From the NCBI GenBank assembly GCA_035647155.1, contig DASRNZ010000162.1, positions 3,918-67,917 of the forward strand: a stretch of DNA of 64,000 bases, given 5' to 3'. Origin of the DNA: Thiopseudomonas sp. (GTDB lineage Bacteria > Pseudomonadota > Gammaproteobacteria > Pseudomonadales > Pseudomonadaceae). Below the pieces are notes generated by a model that saw only the letters and a list, made by a program, of their open reading frames with translations, did no database searches and was not told where the DNA came from. Both the position numbers and the translations under genes were made by a program. The first letter of the stretch is position 1. Each line of letters begins with the position of its first letter. Shown here piece after piece: positions 21,262-31,277 of the stretch.

Positions 21262-21499
21262 GTTCCAAAACCAATCCAACAATGCGCTTTAAATCTTCAC
21301 TCTCAGGCTCAGCACGCAGCATGCACCAGCCAAAAATATCTTGGTCTTCACAATCCAACAACATGCGGTAACGCTCACGGTCTGCCTCATCGAGCTTTAA
21401 GTACTGTTCTTCGACAAAAGGCACCAGCAACTGATCCAGCTCCCACATACCGCGACGACTGTGCCAATAGAGACGTTTCACTTCAACTTCGATAGACAT
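21245..21499 (-). CDS. sdhE: FAD assembly factor SdhE (YgfY/CptB, DUF339)
   Basis: [13 protein letters not shown]...FGW motif set. ATG at 21499 follows GGAG. Confidence 0.9.
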   Translation of the reverse strand: MSIEVEVKRLYWHSRRGMWELDQLLVPFVEEQYLKLDEADRERYRMLLDCEDQDIFGWCMLRAEPESEDLKRIVGLVLEHAKPK

Positions 21500-21619
21500 G
21501 ACACACTCCAAAAATTAGTGGACTCAGTATAAGACAAATTTAACAAAGTGGCATACGCTGACAAGACGCTATTAGCACTCTATGATAGACACATGCATTA
21601 TTTAACAAGCGAGACAGTG

Positions 21620-22561
21620 ATGACCGATTGTGCAAGTTTTACCCCATTAACTCACGAAGGCGTATTTGCTGTTCGTGGGCCCGACGCAAAAGCTTTTTTA
21701 CAAGGCCAAATCAGCTGCCACCTTGCCTATGTGAGCGATGAACGCAGCAGTCTAGGTGCGCGCTGTACGCCTAAAGGACGCATGTTATCAAGTTTTCGTG
21801 TGCTTTTAGAAAATGACGGCTATTTATTAGCTATGGATCACGATATTTTAATCGAGCAATTGGCTGAACTGCAAAAATACGCGGTCTTTTCCAAGTCCAA
21901 GCTAACGGATGACAGCGCACTTTGGAGCCGCTTCGGTCTCTATCAAGGTGATGCTGCGTTGACCGCACTGGGGATTGATCTACCCAAAGAAATCAACAGT
22001 ACCGTGCACCACAATCAAATGATTGCTGTACGCGTCTCTGATATTTTAACCGAACTCTGGGTCAGCGCCGATGAAGGCCCTTGCCTGCGTAAGCGTTTAC
22101 TCAATCTACTACCGGAAGCACCACTCAATACTTGGTTACTCGGGCAAATACGCAGCGGTATTGGCCATGTATCCATGCCGATCCGCGAGCAGTTTATTCC
22201 GCAAATGCTCAATTTACCGGCACTGGATGCAGTCAGCTTTAAAAAAGGCTGCTACACCGGCCAAGAAATCGTTGCGCGCATGCAGTATTTGGGCAAGCTT
22301 AAACGCCATATGTACCGCTTCCAAATGACCAGCACAGATATTCCTGTTGCCGGCACACCACTGCTATCACCGGTGCACTCCAGCGCTGTCGGCGAAGTGG
22401 TCAGCGCAGCGCGCAGTGAGCACGGTATCGAACTGCTCGCCACGGCACTGGATGAAGCTGTGAATGATGGTCGCATTTACTTAGAAAGCAATGAAAAAGA
22501 TCTGCTTGAGCCGCTTGAACTGCCCTATTTATTAGATACTGAGCGAGAAATTTTGCGCTAA
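21620..22561 (+). CDS. ygfZ: tRNA-modifying folate-binding protein YgfZ
   Basis: KGCYTGQE signature. Divergent from sdhE, as in enterics and pseudomonads. Preferred ATG at 21620; the track start at 21548 is a GTG. Confidence 0.88.
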   Translation: MTDCASFTPLTHEGVFAVRGPDAKAFLQGQISCHLAYVSDERSSLGARCTPKGRMLSSFRVLLENDGYLLAMDHDILIEQLAELQKYAVFSKSKLTDDSALWSRFGLYQGDAALTALGIDLPKEINSTVHHNQMIAVRVSDILTELWVSADEGPCLRKRLLNLLPEAPLNTWLLGQIRSGIGHVSMPIREQFIPQMLNLPALDAVSFKKGCYTGQEIVARMQYLGKLKRHMYRFQMTSTDIPVAGTPLLSPVHSSAVGEVVSAARSEHGIELLATALDEAVNDGRIYLESNEKDLLEPLELPYLLDTEREILR

Positions 22562-22691
22562 CTTCGTTTGATATAATTGTTAAGAGAAATAGTCGTTTAT
22601 AAGCTAGACACTCACAGCAAAGATGGCTACATTTAGCATGTGCTAGAGAGCACGATAAAAAATAAAACTTGCCACATTAAGGATATATACC

Positions 22692-23165
22692 ATGAAGAAA
22701 ATTATTGCAGGTGCAATTTTAGCCACCGCATCATCTTTTGCTTTCGCTGCTAGTGGTCCAGCAGGTTGCGGTCTTGGCTCAACAGTTATCTTCCCTGATG
22801 CTGATAAGTGGTATCAGCATGTTATGGCTGCCACCACGAATGGTACATCCGGCAACCAAACTTTTGGTATGACTTCTGGTACTTTAGGCTGTGAAGCTGC
22901 TAACGGTCCTTTAAAATCAGCGCAAATTTTTATTGACGAAAACATGGATCAACTGGCTGCAGATATTGCCGTTGGTCAAGGCGAAACCTTAGCCGCTTTA
23001 GCTGAAGTCATGGGTGTTCAAACTCAAGACACTGCAGCTTTTAATCGCGCAATGCAATCTAACTTCGATGCAATGTTCAGCGCTGATGCAACTTCAGCAG
23101 CTACATTAGAAGCAATGACTTCTGCTATGGCAGCAGATATCAATCTACAGAAATACTTAGGTTAA
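22692..23165 (+). CDS. Exported DUF3015-like protein
   Basis: Signal peptide MKKIIAGAILATASSFAFA|A, then GCGLGS...TNGTSGNQTFGMTSGTLGC. Confidence 0.6.
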   Translation: MKKIIAGAILATASSFAFAASGPAGCGLGSTVIFPDADKWYQHVMAATTNGTSGNQTFGMTSGTLGCEAANGPLKSAQIFIDENMDQLAADIAVGQGETLAALAEVMGVQTQDTAAFNRAMQSNFDAMFSADATSAATLEAMTSAMAADINLQKYLG

Positions 23166-23184
23166 TTCACACCTACTGTATTTA

Positions 23185-23213
23185 AAGCCCGCTTCCTGCG
23201 GGCTTCTTTTATT
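23185..23213 (+). terminator. Intrinsic terminator/attenuator after the DUF3015 gene
   Basis: AAGCCCGC-TTCCT-GCGGGCTT followed by CTTTTATT. It sits 22 nt before the next ATG. Confidence 0.65.
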
Positions 23214-23234
23214 GTCGCCATAAAGGTTTTTAAC

Positions 23235-25133
23235 ATGATAGCTAGGTCTTTAATTGCTAGCTTTGTATTTATTCCTTACGCTTTTGCTCAAGCTGCTCCG
23301 ATACCTCCTCTAGATCAACTCAAGCCTATTGCGCACAGTCAGCAATGGTCTCACCTGCTACATTATCGCAAACATCCTTTTAGCGGACGTTATATCAGTG
23401 AAAACGATAGTCCCAATTTCTTTTTAGCTAAAGAGGGTAAAACCTCACTCGTAGCAGAGCTGCAAGAAAATCTAGAGCAATTTTTACTGACAGATGTAGT
23501 TGACAATCAATCAGCACAGTGCCAATTCCCCGCACGTTATCATTGGGTTAAACAACAGTTTCCTGAGCTTTCATTTACCGACCAGTCCTGCTCTGACCTA
23601 GAGCAATGGCGTGATGAACTGGGCGCTGAATATTTAACCTTGGTTTTCCCTGCTTCGCACATCAACTCACCGTCTTCGATGTACGGTCATACTTTTATTC
23701 GTTTGGATAAAAAAGACCCGGCAAGTAATAAGCTGTTAGCTCACAGTGTGAATTTCGCAGCGAATGCCGACCCAGACGATAACGAGCTGGTATTCTCTTG
23801 GAAAGGATTAACCGGAGGCTACCCTGGCGTGGTTTCGGTACTACCTTATTATGCGAAAACCAATGAATACTCGCATATGGAATACCGTGATATTTGGGAA
23901 TACCAACTGGACCTTAATAAAGAAGAAGCAGACCAGTTTGTTCGCCATATCTGGGAAACCAAAGATACTTTTTTTGATTATTTTTTCTTTGATGAAAACT
24001 GCTCCTATCGCTTATTGGCTTTACTCGATGCCAGCTCTGAACGCATCGATGTCACTGATGATTTTACGTTCACTGCTCTGCCCGTCGATACGATACGCGC
24101 TTTACAGAAACGCGGTTTAGTTGAAGATACTGAATACCGCCCATCGGCTGCCAGCAAGATGGAGCATAAGAGCCAACAGGTTTCTCGGCCCGCACTAGAG
24201 CAGGCTAAAAAACTCGTTGAGCAAGACGATGATATCCAACAGTCTCTGACCGAGTTCAGTGAACATGAACAAGCTCAAACCTTAGAGCTTGCTTATGCTT
24301 ACGCTCGCTATTTAGCAGTAAAAAAGAAGCAGGCAACTCCTGAGTTACGCAAACGCACTATCAATCTATTATCCGCCCGCGCAAAACTACCTGTTTCGTC
24401 AGTCTTTGATGATGTTCCAGTCCCTGCCTACCGAGACGATCAAGGTCATTTAAGCCAACGTCTACAATTTAAAGCAGGCAGTACATTTTCCGATGAGCGT
24501 AGCGGCTCTCGCTCAAATCGTTTAGGTTTTGTTGATCTCAATTACCGTGCAGCTTTTCATGAAGTGATGGACTTACCGCAAGGCTTTGTACCCGGCTCAC
24601 AAATCCAAATGGGTAATTTAAAGCTCAGGCTCTGGGATGGCGGTGCCGTTAGGCTGCAACAATTTCAGATTGTCGATATTTTATCGCTCAGCCATCAAAC
24701 CCACTTACAACAACCGACAGCGTGGTCAGTCAGTGGTGGCTTAGATCGCTTTATTGGTGCCGACGCAGAGTTATTTGGTTATGTTAACGCAGGTTTTGGT
24801 AAAGCATGGCTCACCTCCGCCGGTCGCTTCTATGGCTTAGCACAAGCCCAATTGCTGGCTGACAATCAATTCCATCGGGGCGCACAGCTAAGCTTTGGCC
24901 CTCGCGTGGGCTGGTTATGGCAAGGCGATCGCATCCAAGCTCAGCTGGAAAGCAATTGGCAAGGTCTGAGCGTGATCGATAAAACACGCCGTACCGAAGT
25001 CAGTGCCAATTTAGGCTGGCGCTTATCAACCAACCTGCAACTTAAGCTCGAAGCTAAAAGCCAACACTTCAAACTCCATCAAGACACCAGCAAACAGCAC
25101 GAGGTGGGCGTTGGCATCAACTGGTATTACTAA
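23235..25133 (+). CDS. Exported DUF4105 (Lnb-N-like) domain protein with a C-terminal beta-barrel-like region
   Basis: Signal peptide ...YAFA|QA; SSMYGHTFIRL block. The last ~200 aa show alternating hydrophobic strands and end in ...GVGINWYY (aromatic terminus). Confidence 0.65.
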   Translation: MIARSLIASFVFIPYAFAQAAPIPPLDQLKPIAHSQQWSHLLHYRKHPFSGRYISENDSPNFFLAKEGKTSLVAELQENLEQFLLTDVVDNQSAQCQFPARYHWVKQQFPELSFTDQSCSDLEQWRDELGAEYLTLVFPASHINSPSSMYGHTFIRLDKKDPASNKLLAHSVNFAANADPDDNELVFSWKGLTGGYPGVVSVLPYYAKTNEYSHMEYRDIWEYQLDLNKEEADQFVRHIWETKDTFFDYFFFDENCSYRLLALLDASSERIDVTDDFTFTALPVDTIRALQKRGLVEDTEYRPSAASKMEHKSQQVSRPALEQAKKLVEQDDDIQQSLTEFSEHEQAQTLELAYAYARYLAVKKKQATPELRKRTINLLSARAKLPVSSVFDDVPVPAYRDDQGHLSQRLQFKAGSTFSDERSGSRSNRLGFVDLNYRAAFHEVMDLPQGFVPGSQIQMGNLKLRLWDGGAVRLQQFQIVDILSLSHQTHLQQPTAWSVSGGLDRFIGADAELFGYVNAGFGKAWLTSAGRFYGLAQAQLLADNQFHRGAQLSFGPRVGWLWQGDRIQAQLESNWQGLSVIDKTRRTEVSANLGWRLSTNLQLKLEAKSQHFKLHQDTSKQHEVGVGINWYY

Positions 25134-26028
25134 AACGCTCAAAGCCCTGTCTAAACGGTGGGGCCGTAGGCTGTTTTCTCAATTAACTCTTCTGGTCGGC
25201 AGTTTAACGCTTACCGGTTGCACGTCGCTGTCTGCTTTATTTTTCTACCCACAAAGCGCTTTGATCTCCACGCCGCAAGATGCTGGGCTTGAATATCAAG
25301 ATATTTGGCTAACAGCCCAAGACAACACCAAACTGCACGCCTGGTGGCTGCCAGCACAGGGCAAGCAAGCTGACTCCAATACTATGCTGCTGTATCTGCA
25401 CGGTAACGCTGAAAACATCTCCAGCCACAGTCACAGCATCTATTGGTTACCTGCCAGTGGCGTCAGTGTCTTAGCTTTAGATTATCGAGGATTTGGCGCC
25501 TCTGAAGGTCAAGCTCGGATGCCTGAGGTGCTGCAAGATATTGAAGCAGCTATCATCTGGATGAAGCAACAACACCCAGATAAAGAACTGCTCATACTGG
25601 GGCAAAGTATCGGCAGCGCTATCGCCATCAATTATATTGCACAAGCGACAGATCAGCATGATATCAAAGCATTGATTTTAGATGCGCCATTAAGCGGTTT
25701 TGCCACAGCAGCGCGCAGTGCAATGAGTCGGAGTGTTGTCGGTTGGTTGATGTGGCCCTTTACCGTCTTGATCCCCTCACAGTGGGACCCCATCAAGCAT
25801 ATTGAGAGCATTGATTTGCCGGTGCTGATGATGCACAGTCCAAAAGATACTATTGTGCCGGCTAAACAAGGCAAAAAACTCTATGCGCACTGGCAAAAAG
25901 CCTACCCTGAACAACAGTTATGTTGGCTCGACTCAAAAGGCCCGCATATTATGTCTTTTGCTTTTCCAGAGCTCAGACAAGCCACCCTCAGTTTTATTAA
26001 AGACCAACAGTGTCCCAAGCTCAAATAG
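25111..26028 (+). CDS. Alpha/beta hydrolase, predicted lipoprotein
   Basis: Lipobox LTLTGC; nucleophile elbow GQSIGS; HGNAEN oxyanion region. TTG start has GAGGTG 4 nt upstream. 23-nt overlap with the preceding gene. Confidence 0.75.
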   Translation: MASTGITKTLKALSKRWGRRLFSQLTLLVGSLTLTGCTSLSALFFYPQSALISTPQDAGLEYQDIWLTAQDNTKLHAWWLPAQGKQADSNTMLLYLHGNAENISSHSHSIYWLPASGVSVLALDYRGFGASEGQARMPEVLQDIEAAIIWMKQQHPDKELLILGQSIGSAIAINYIAQATDQHDIKALILDAPLSGFATAARSAMSRSVVGWLMWPFTVLIPSQWDPIKHIESIDLPVLMMHSPKDTIVPAKQGKKLYAHWQKAYPEQQLCWLDSKGPHIMSFAFPELRQATLSFIKDQQCPKLK

Positions 26029-26110
26029 CATGCGTTGAATCAAACCCTTATGTCTTGAGCAATGCCCAGCGAAGTTCTATTATTGGCTTACATACAAGTG
26101 GAGTTGAACG

Positions 26111-26416
26111 ATGCTAACTGTACTGCAAATTGATTTCCCGTTTAATGGCCCCTTTGGTGAGGATATGCACCAAGCGATGCAGCCGTTAGCTGAGTCCATT
26201 ATCCAAGAACCTGGATTGCTGTGGAAAATCTGGACGGAAAACGTCGAGACGCAAGAAGCCGGTGGTGTCTATTTGTTTAGTGATGCGCCAGCAGCACAAG
26301 CCTACTTAGAGATGCACAGCGCCCGTTTAACTGCCAGTGGTGTTACCGGTATTCGTGCTAAATTATTTGATGTGAACCGCCCTCTTAGCGAAATTTGTAA
26401 AGGTCCGATCCAATGA
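26111..26416 (+). CDS. ydhR: YdhR-family putative monooxygenase (dimeric alpha-beta barrel)
   Basis: [16 protein letters not shown]...[12 protein letters not shown]...GGVYLF is collinear with E. coli YdhR. Confidence 0.8.
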   Translation: MLTVLQIDFPFNGPFGEDMHQAMQPLAESIIQEPGLLWKIWTENVETQEAGGVYLFSDAPAAQAYLEMHSARLTASGVTGIRAKLFDVNRPLSEICKGPIQ

Positions 26417-26769
26417 CAACCAGTAAGCTCGATAAAATTCTAGCCCAAGCTCAGAAAGAAAACGAAAGCGGCTATCGACAAAAAGCATTGAGAATGTACC
26501 CGCATTTTTGTGGCCGTTGCAGTCGTGAGTTTAGCGGTAAGGGTCTCAGTGAGTTGACCGTGCATCACCGCGACCATAACCACGATAACAACCCATCCGA
26601 CGGTTCAAACTGGGAGTTATTGTGCTTGTACTGCCATGATAATGAGCACCAGCGTCAAGTGGATATGCATTATCAAAAAGAAGAAAGCGCTGGCCAAAAA
26701 GGGCCGCAGCAGACTTTTAAAGGCTTGGCAGGTTTAGCCGACTTACTGAAAAAACAAAACGCTGAATAA
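26413..26769 (+). CDS. yajD: YajD-family HNH nuclease
   Basis: [21 protein letters not shown]...[36 protein letters not shown] overlap with ydhR. Confidence 0.88.
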   Translation: MTTSKLDKILAQAQKENESGYRQKALRMYPHFCGRCSREFSGKGLSELTVHHRDHNHDNNPSDGSNWELLCLYCHDNEHQRQVDMHYQKEESAGQKGPQQTFKGLAGLADLLKKQNAE

Positions 26770-26841
26770 CTTTACTTATGACGCTGCGCGCTCACCTCGA
26801 GAACGCAGCGTCAATTGTGCAAATTTCCTGCATAAAAGTGA

Positions 26842-27291
26842 TTAGCCAGATCTGAAAATCAGATGATTTTCCCACTCTTCCTCGGGCACATCCAACTCGC
26901 TGGCCATACGGCCCAACTGCGAAATACCCTCCGTATGCACCGCATCGGTATTACCACAGACTAAGTGGTGCCAAACAAACAAGTCTTTACCCTCACTGAC
27001 TAAGCGATAAGCACAGGTTGTCGGCAACCACTTAAATGTTTCAGCCGTGCCAGGCGTGAGCTGAATACAGTCGGCGACATAGCTTTTACGGTCTGGGTAA
27101 TTACTGCAGCGCGCGGTATCTAAATCCAATAATTGACAAGCGACATTGGTGTAATACACCGAGTCATCGTCTTCATCTGCCAACTTTTGTAAACAACACA
27201 AGCCACAACCGTCGCAGAGTGACTCCCACTCTTCTTGGTCCAGCTCGGCAAGGGTTTTACGCTTCCAAAAGGGTTCAACAATTGCGGCCAT
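26842..27291 (-). CDS. ycgN: UPF0260 protein YcgN
   Basis: [30 protein letters not shown]...TCAYRL is collinear with E. coli YcgN. Confidence 0.88.
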   Translation of the reverse strand: MAAIVEPFWKRKTLAELDQEEWESLCDGCGLCCLQKLADEDDDSVYYTNVACQLLDLDTARCSNYPDRKSYVADCIQLTPGTAETFKWLPTTCAYRLVSEGKDLFVWHHLVCGNTDAVHTEGISQLGRMASELDVPEEEWENHLIFRSG

Positions 27292-27335
27292 ACACTGCTC
27301 TACCTGTGCTGAGCACCACGCTCAGTTACTATCAA

Positions 27336-27650
27336 TTAATCGTTTTTACATTTAACTTTGACACGCATTTTAATCACTTGGGTATGCATACGTGCGGTTA
27401 AATGCGTTGTTTCACCCGCATCTATACGTGCTTTGCGAGTGCGTGGACTTTCTGGCCCGTTACGAAAGCGTACCGTGCACACGGCAGCCTGCTGTCCATA
27501 GTTGGTTAAGGACACTGAAGCCGTATTATCACCTAAATCTTGCGTATCAACGGCAATTTGCGCGCCATTGAGTTGCTCATCAACTTCAAATGGAAACGCC
27601 AAGGCTGTCAGCGGCAACAGTAGCGGTAATATTGTTATATATTTTCTCAT
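27336..27650 (-). CDS. Hypothetical small exported protein
   Basis: Signal peptide MRKYITILPLLLPLTALA|F; about 85-aa mature part with two Cys. No family recognised. The track ORF extends to 27677. Confidence 0.5.
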   Translation of the reverse strand: MRKYITILPLLLPLTALAFPFEVDEQLNGAQIAVDTQDLGDNTASVSLTNYGQQAAVCTVRFRNGPESPRTRKARIDAGETTHLTARMHTQVIKMRVKVKCKND

Positions 27651-27861
27651 GGTTTTCTCACCCACCTTTGACTGCAATAGTGTACCGCATCAGCACTGAC
27701 AAACTGCCAGCAGCGCTATAAATGCTCAGAAAAACACTGTATTTTCCGCTAATGGCCCTCTATCATCATGGTTTTAATTTTATCAGCGTTTATCAGCAGT
27801 AAAAACACCACTGCAGCGCCTGCTCATTCACTTTTTAAGCTCAGCACACTTTAAACCTCTT

Positions 27862-29214
27862 ATGCATACATTCAATAGCGCCGTCACAGCCATTAATGAT
27901 CTAGTCTGGGGCCCACCCATGCTGATTGCCATTTTAGGTAGCGGCTTATTTTTAATGCTGTCACTGAGGTTGATGCCACTGCGCAATATCAAGCGCGGCT
28001 TTTTAGAAATCTGGAATGGTCGCTCTAAAGGTGACGCCAGTATCGGTGAGATCAGCCCTTTTGCCGCGTTAATGACCAGCCTAGCAGCCACTGTCGGTAC
28101 GGGTAATATCGCCGGTGTAGCCACTGCGATTGTTCTAGGTGGACCGGGTGCGTTGTTTTGGATGTGGTGTACGGCACTGGTAGGCATGGCCACCAAGTAT
28201 TGTGAGGTGGTACTGGCGGTGCATTTTCGTGAAAAGAACAGCCAGAATCATTTTGTTGGCGGCCCTATGTATGCCATTAAAAATGGCTTAAGCGGTCAAT
28301 GGGCTTGGCTCGGTGCTTGCTTTGCTATTTTTGGCGGTCTAGCCAGCTTTGGGATTGGCAATATGGTGCAGGTCAACAGCATGGCTGCTGGGCTGGAAGT
28401 GTCTTTTGCAGTGCCGGCTTGGGTCAGCGGACTGTGCATTATGGCCTTGGTCGGCTTAGTTATTTTGGGTGGTATTCAGCGTATTGGTGCAGTAGCACAA
28501 ACGCTGGTGCCTTTTATGTGCGTGGCCTATATCTTGGCAACACTCTTTGTCCTGATCAGTCATTACCAGGCGATTCCTGCAGCATTTATATTAATTATTG
28601 ATTCCGCATTCAATGGCCATGCGGCCGCGGGAGGCTTTGCTGGAGCGGCGATGATTGCTGCGTTGCGCTTTGGTGTTGCACGCGGCGTATTCTCCAATGA
28701 AGCAGGTCTAGGCAGCGCTGGCATCGCGCAAGCAGCCGGTACCAGTGATGAGCCTGTGGAGTCGGGCTTAATCGGCATGATGGGCACTTTTATCGATACA
28801 TTGATTGTCTGCACCATGACCGGCTTAGCCATTATTTGCTCGGGTGTATGGACCAGCGGCCTGACTGGAGCTGCGCTGTCATCGGCAGCATTTGAATCCG
28901 CCATGCCCGGCACCGGCCACTATTTGCTCACCACTGCGCTGGTGGTATTTGCTTTTACCACCATTATTGGCTGGAGCTATTACGGTGAGCGCTGCTGGGA
29001 GTTTTTATTTGGCGCTCGAGCAATTCTGCCCTACCGCTTGCTCTGGGTCGCGATGGTACCTTTGGGCGCGGTCACACAACTTGATACCGTCTGGCTGTTA
29101 GCCGATACGCTCAACGGGCTTATGGCTCTGCCTAATATCATCTCTCTCTTGCTACTCAGTCCTGTGGTGATCAAGCTGACTAAAACCTACTTTGCCAAAA
29201 CTAAAACACATTGA
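27862..29214 (+). CDS. Alanine/glycine:cation symporter (AGCS family)
   Basis: 450 aa, multi-TM. GEISPFAALMTSLAATVGTGNIAGVATAI and SNEAGLGSA blocks. Confidence 0.9.
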   Translation: MHTFNSAVTAINDLVWGPPMLIAILGSGLFLMLSLRLMPLRNIKRGFLEIWNGRSKGDASIGEISPFAALMTSLAATVGTGNIAGVATAIVLGGPGALFWMWCTALVGMATKYCEVVLAVHFREKNSQNHFVGGPMYAIKNGLSGQWAWLGACFAIFGGLASFGIGNMVQVNSMAAGLEVSFAVPAWVSGLCIMALVGLVILGGIQRIGAVAQTLVPFMCVAYILATLFVLISHYQAIPAAFILIIDSAFNGHAAAGGFAGAAMIAALRFGVARGVFSNEAGLGSAGIAQAAGTSDEPVESGLIGMMGTFIDTLIVCTMTGLAIICSGVWTSGLTGAALSSAAFESAMPGTGHYLLTTALVVFAFTTIIGWSYYGERCWEFLFGARAILPYRLLWVAMVPLGAVTQLDTVWLLADTLNGLMALPNIISLLLLSPVVIKLTKTYFAKTKTH

Positions 29215-29222
29215 TCAGTAGA

Positions 29223-30095
29223 CTACTCAGCACTCTCAGTGGATTTTGGCGCGCGCGAAAGGACAATATTCACTCGACGGTTCAGAGCACGATTGGCCGC
29301 AGTATTATTCGGCTTAAGCGGATAACGCTCGCCATGGAAACGTAATATTATTTGCTCTTGGGTAACACCTTGCTCTAAAAAATAATTTTGTACCGTCAGT
29401 GCTCGGCGGCGTGACAACTCACGGTTACTTAAGCGATTGCCCCAACTGTCTGAGTGACCATCAATCTCTATTTGATTCACTGTTGGATCCTCTTTTAAAT
29501 AGTCAACAATCGCCTGTAAACGCCCGGTGGCTGAATCACTGAGTACCATATTGGTATCAGCAAAGGCAATGCGCGTTTGTTTAAGCTGATCAAAGTTGTA
29601 GGGTAACAAAGCTGCGGTACAGGTTAAGTAACGTTGGTAGGCATCAGCAAAACCAGCCGGCACAATATGCACCTCAAGCCACTCACCTTGCTGAGTACGG
29701 TGCTGAATTAACGGTCCACGCCCTTCCAGCAAACCGGTGAGCAATCGCCCTGACTGCCGAGGGGAAGCCTGCAGCATATTGCTATTGGCGGTAACCACCA
29801 CCGCACCTAAAGGAACACTATGCTGACTGGTACGCCAAGGCGCTGCAGCTGAAAATAAAGTCGCCGAGCCACGACTGAGCCAAGCCTCTTGGGCCTGCAG
29901 CTTAAATGTTGGGCTTTCACCGGCACGTCGCACAAACTCACCTTGACCAAAACCTTTCACCGGTTGCGTCAGGCGACATTCAAAACGATCACCTTCGACA
30001 GTCCACTCGACATGCTCCAGTGGCGTTTGAAAGGTTATTGCCAGTGCTGGTGTTGCCAGTAAACTAACTAAAATTGAAAATACAGCTAAGCGCAT
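29223..30095 (-). CDS. motY: Flagellar stator-associated protein MotY (OmpA-like C-terminal domain)
   Basis: Signal peptide; C-terminal OmpA-like block GHSD...LSxRRA...NRRVNIVL. Position next to pyrC-rnt as in Pseudomonas. A sigma-28 promoter lies upstream. Confidence 0.75.
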   Translation of the reverse strand: MRLAVFSILVSLLATPALAITFQTPLEHVEWTVEGDRFECRLTQPVKGFGQGEFVRRAGESPTFKLQAQEAWLSRGSATLFSAAAPWRTSQHSVPLGAVVVTANSNMLQASPRQSGRLLTGLLEGRGPLIQHRTQQGEWLEVHIVPAGFADAYQRYLTCTAALLPYNFDQLKQTRIAFADTNMVLSDSATGRLQAIVDYLKEDPTVNQIEIDGHSDSWGNRLSNRELSRRRALTVQNYFLEQGVTQEQIILRFHGERYPLKPNNTAANRALNRRVNIVLSRAPKSTESAE

Positions 30096-30129
30096 TGCGC
30101 TCTCCCGTCACCTAAAATGCTCAGCCAAG

Positions 30130-30156
30130 CTATCGGTCACTGTTAAGAAAACTTTA
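30130..30156 (-). promoter_or_regulatory. Sigma-28 (FliA)-type promoter for motY
   Basis: The minus strand reads TAAAGTTT-N11-ACCGATAG. Compare consensus TAAAGTTT-N11-GCCGATAA. The -10 element ends about 35 nt before the motY ATG. Confidence 0.6.
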
Positions 30157-30230
30157 AAGCAGATGCCCACACCGCGCTTTTACGGTAGCATTCTACCTAT
30201 TCAATATAAATCGACCGACTGGAAACCTTC

Positions 30231-31277
30231 ATGATTGACCGTCTTACACTGCTACGACCCGACGATTGGCATATTCACCTGCGCGATGGCGCGGTTTTGC
30301 AACACACTGTTGCCGATGCCGCTCGTACCTTTGCCCGCGCCATTATTATGCCCAACCTAGTACCACCCGTACGCAATACAACGGAAGCCGATCAATACCG
30401 TGAACGTATTTTAAGTGTGCGCCCTGCACAGAGTGCGTTTGAGCCGCTAATGGTCCTATATTTAACAGATCAAACCTCTGCCCAAGATATTAAAGAAGCC
30501 CAGGCTTGCGGTTTTGTGCATGCGGCAAAATTGTACCCGGCTGGTGCAACCACCAACTCTGACTCAGGCGTGACTTCACTTGAAGCGATCTACCCAGCCT
30601 TAGAAGCCATGAGTGAAGTGGGTATGCCGCTGCTAGTACACGGTGAAGTCACTCACAGTCACGTGGATATTTTTGATCGTGAAAAACGCTTTATTGACGA
30701 TCAACTGGTAGGTCTAGTCAATCGTTTTCCTAACCTCAAAGTGGTTATGGAACATATTACAACGACCGATGCAGCACAGTTTGTCAGCAGTTGCGCTGAT
30801 ACCGTTGCCGCTACCATTACCGCCCACCACCTGCTGTACAACCGCAACCATATGCTGGCCGGCGGTATTCGTCCGCATTTTTATTGCTTGCCGATTCTCA
30901 AGCGCAATACCCACCAAGAAGCCTTACTTGATGCAGCCACCAGTGGCTCTGCTAAGTTTTTCTTAGGGACTGACTCTGCACCACACGCGCAAAACGCGAA
31001 AGAAAACGCCTGTGGCTGTGCCGGTTGCTACACCGCTTATGCGGCGATTGAGTTATACGCTGAAGCCTTTGAGCAACGTAACGCTTTGGACAAACTGGAA
31101 GCCTTTGCCAGCCACTTTGGTGCTGACTTCTATGGTCTGCCGCGCAACCAAGACACCATCACTCTGGTGCGTGAACCTTGGACCGTGCCAGCCACTCTAG
31201 ATTTTGGCGAACAACAACTGGTGCCCTTACGTGCCGGTGAAACCTTAAATTGGCGCGTATTAGGAGCTCAGGCATGA
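30231..31277 (+). CDS. pyrC: Dihydroorotase (homodimeric type)
   Basis: [31 protein letters not shown] motifs; 348 aa. Confidence 0.95.
   Translation: MIDRLTLLRPDDWHIHLRDGAVLQHTVADAARTFARAIIMPNLVPPVRNTTEADQYRERILSVRPAQSAFEPLMVLYLTDQTSAQDIKEAQACGFVHAAKLYPAGATTNSDSGVTSLEAIYPALEAMSEVGMPLLVHGEVTHSHVDIFDREKRFIDDQLVGLVNRFPNLKVVMEHITTTDAAQFVSSCADTVAATITAHHLLYNRNHMLAGGIRPHFYCLPILKRNTHQEALLDAATSGSAKFFLGTDSAPHAQNAKENACGCAGCYTAYAAIELYAEAFEQRNALDKLEAFASHFGADFYGLPRNQDTITLVREPWTVPATLDFGEQQLVPLRAGETLNWRVLGAQA

Noticed and set aside
26111-26769. ydhR-yajD 4-nt overlapping pair, considered as a novel two-gene system
   Set aside because: Both are widespread single-domain housekeeping-type families. The overlap alone does not justify a system call without neighbourhood statistics.
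27678-27861. Possible glycine riboswitch upstream of the alanine/glycine:cation symporter
   Set aside because: I could not find the conserved glycine-riboswitch core elements or paired aptamer structure in the 184-nt leader.
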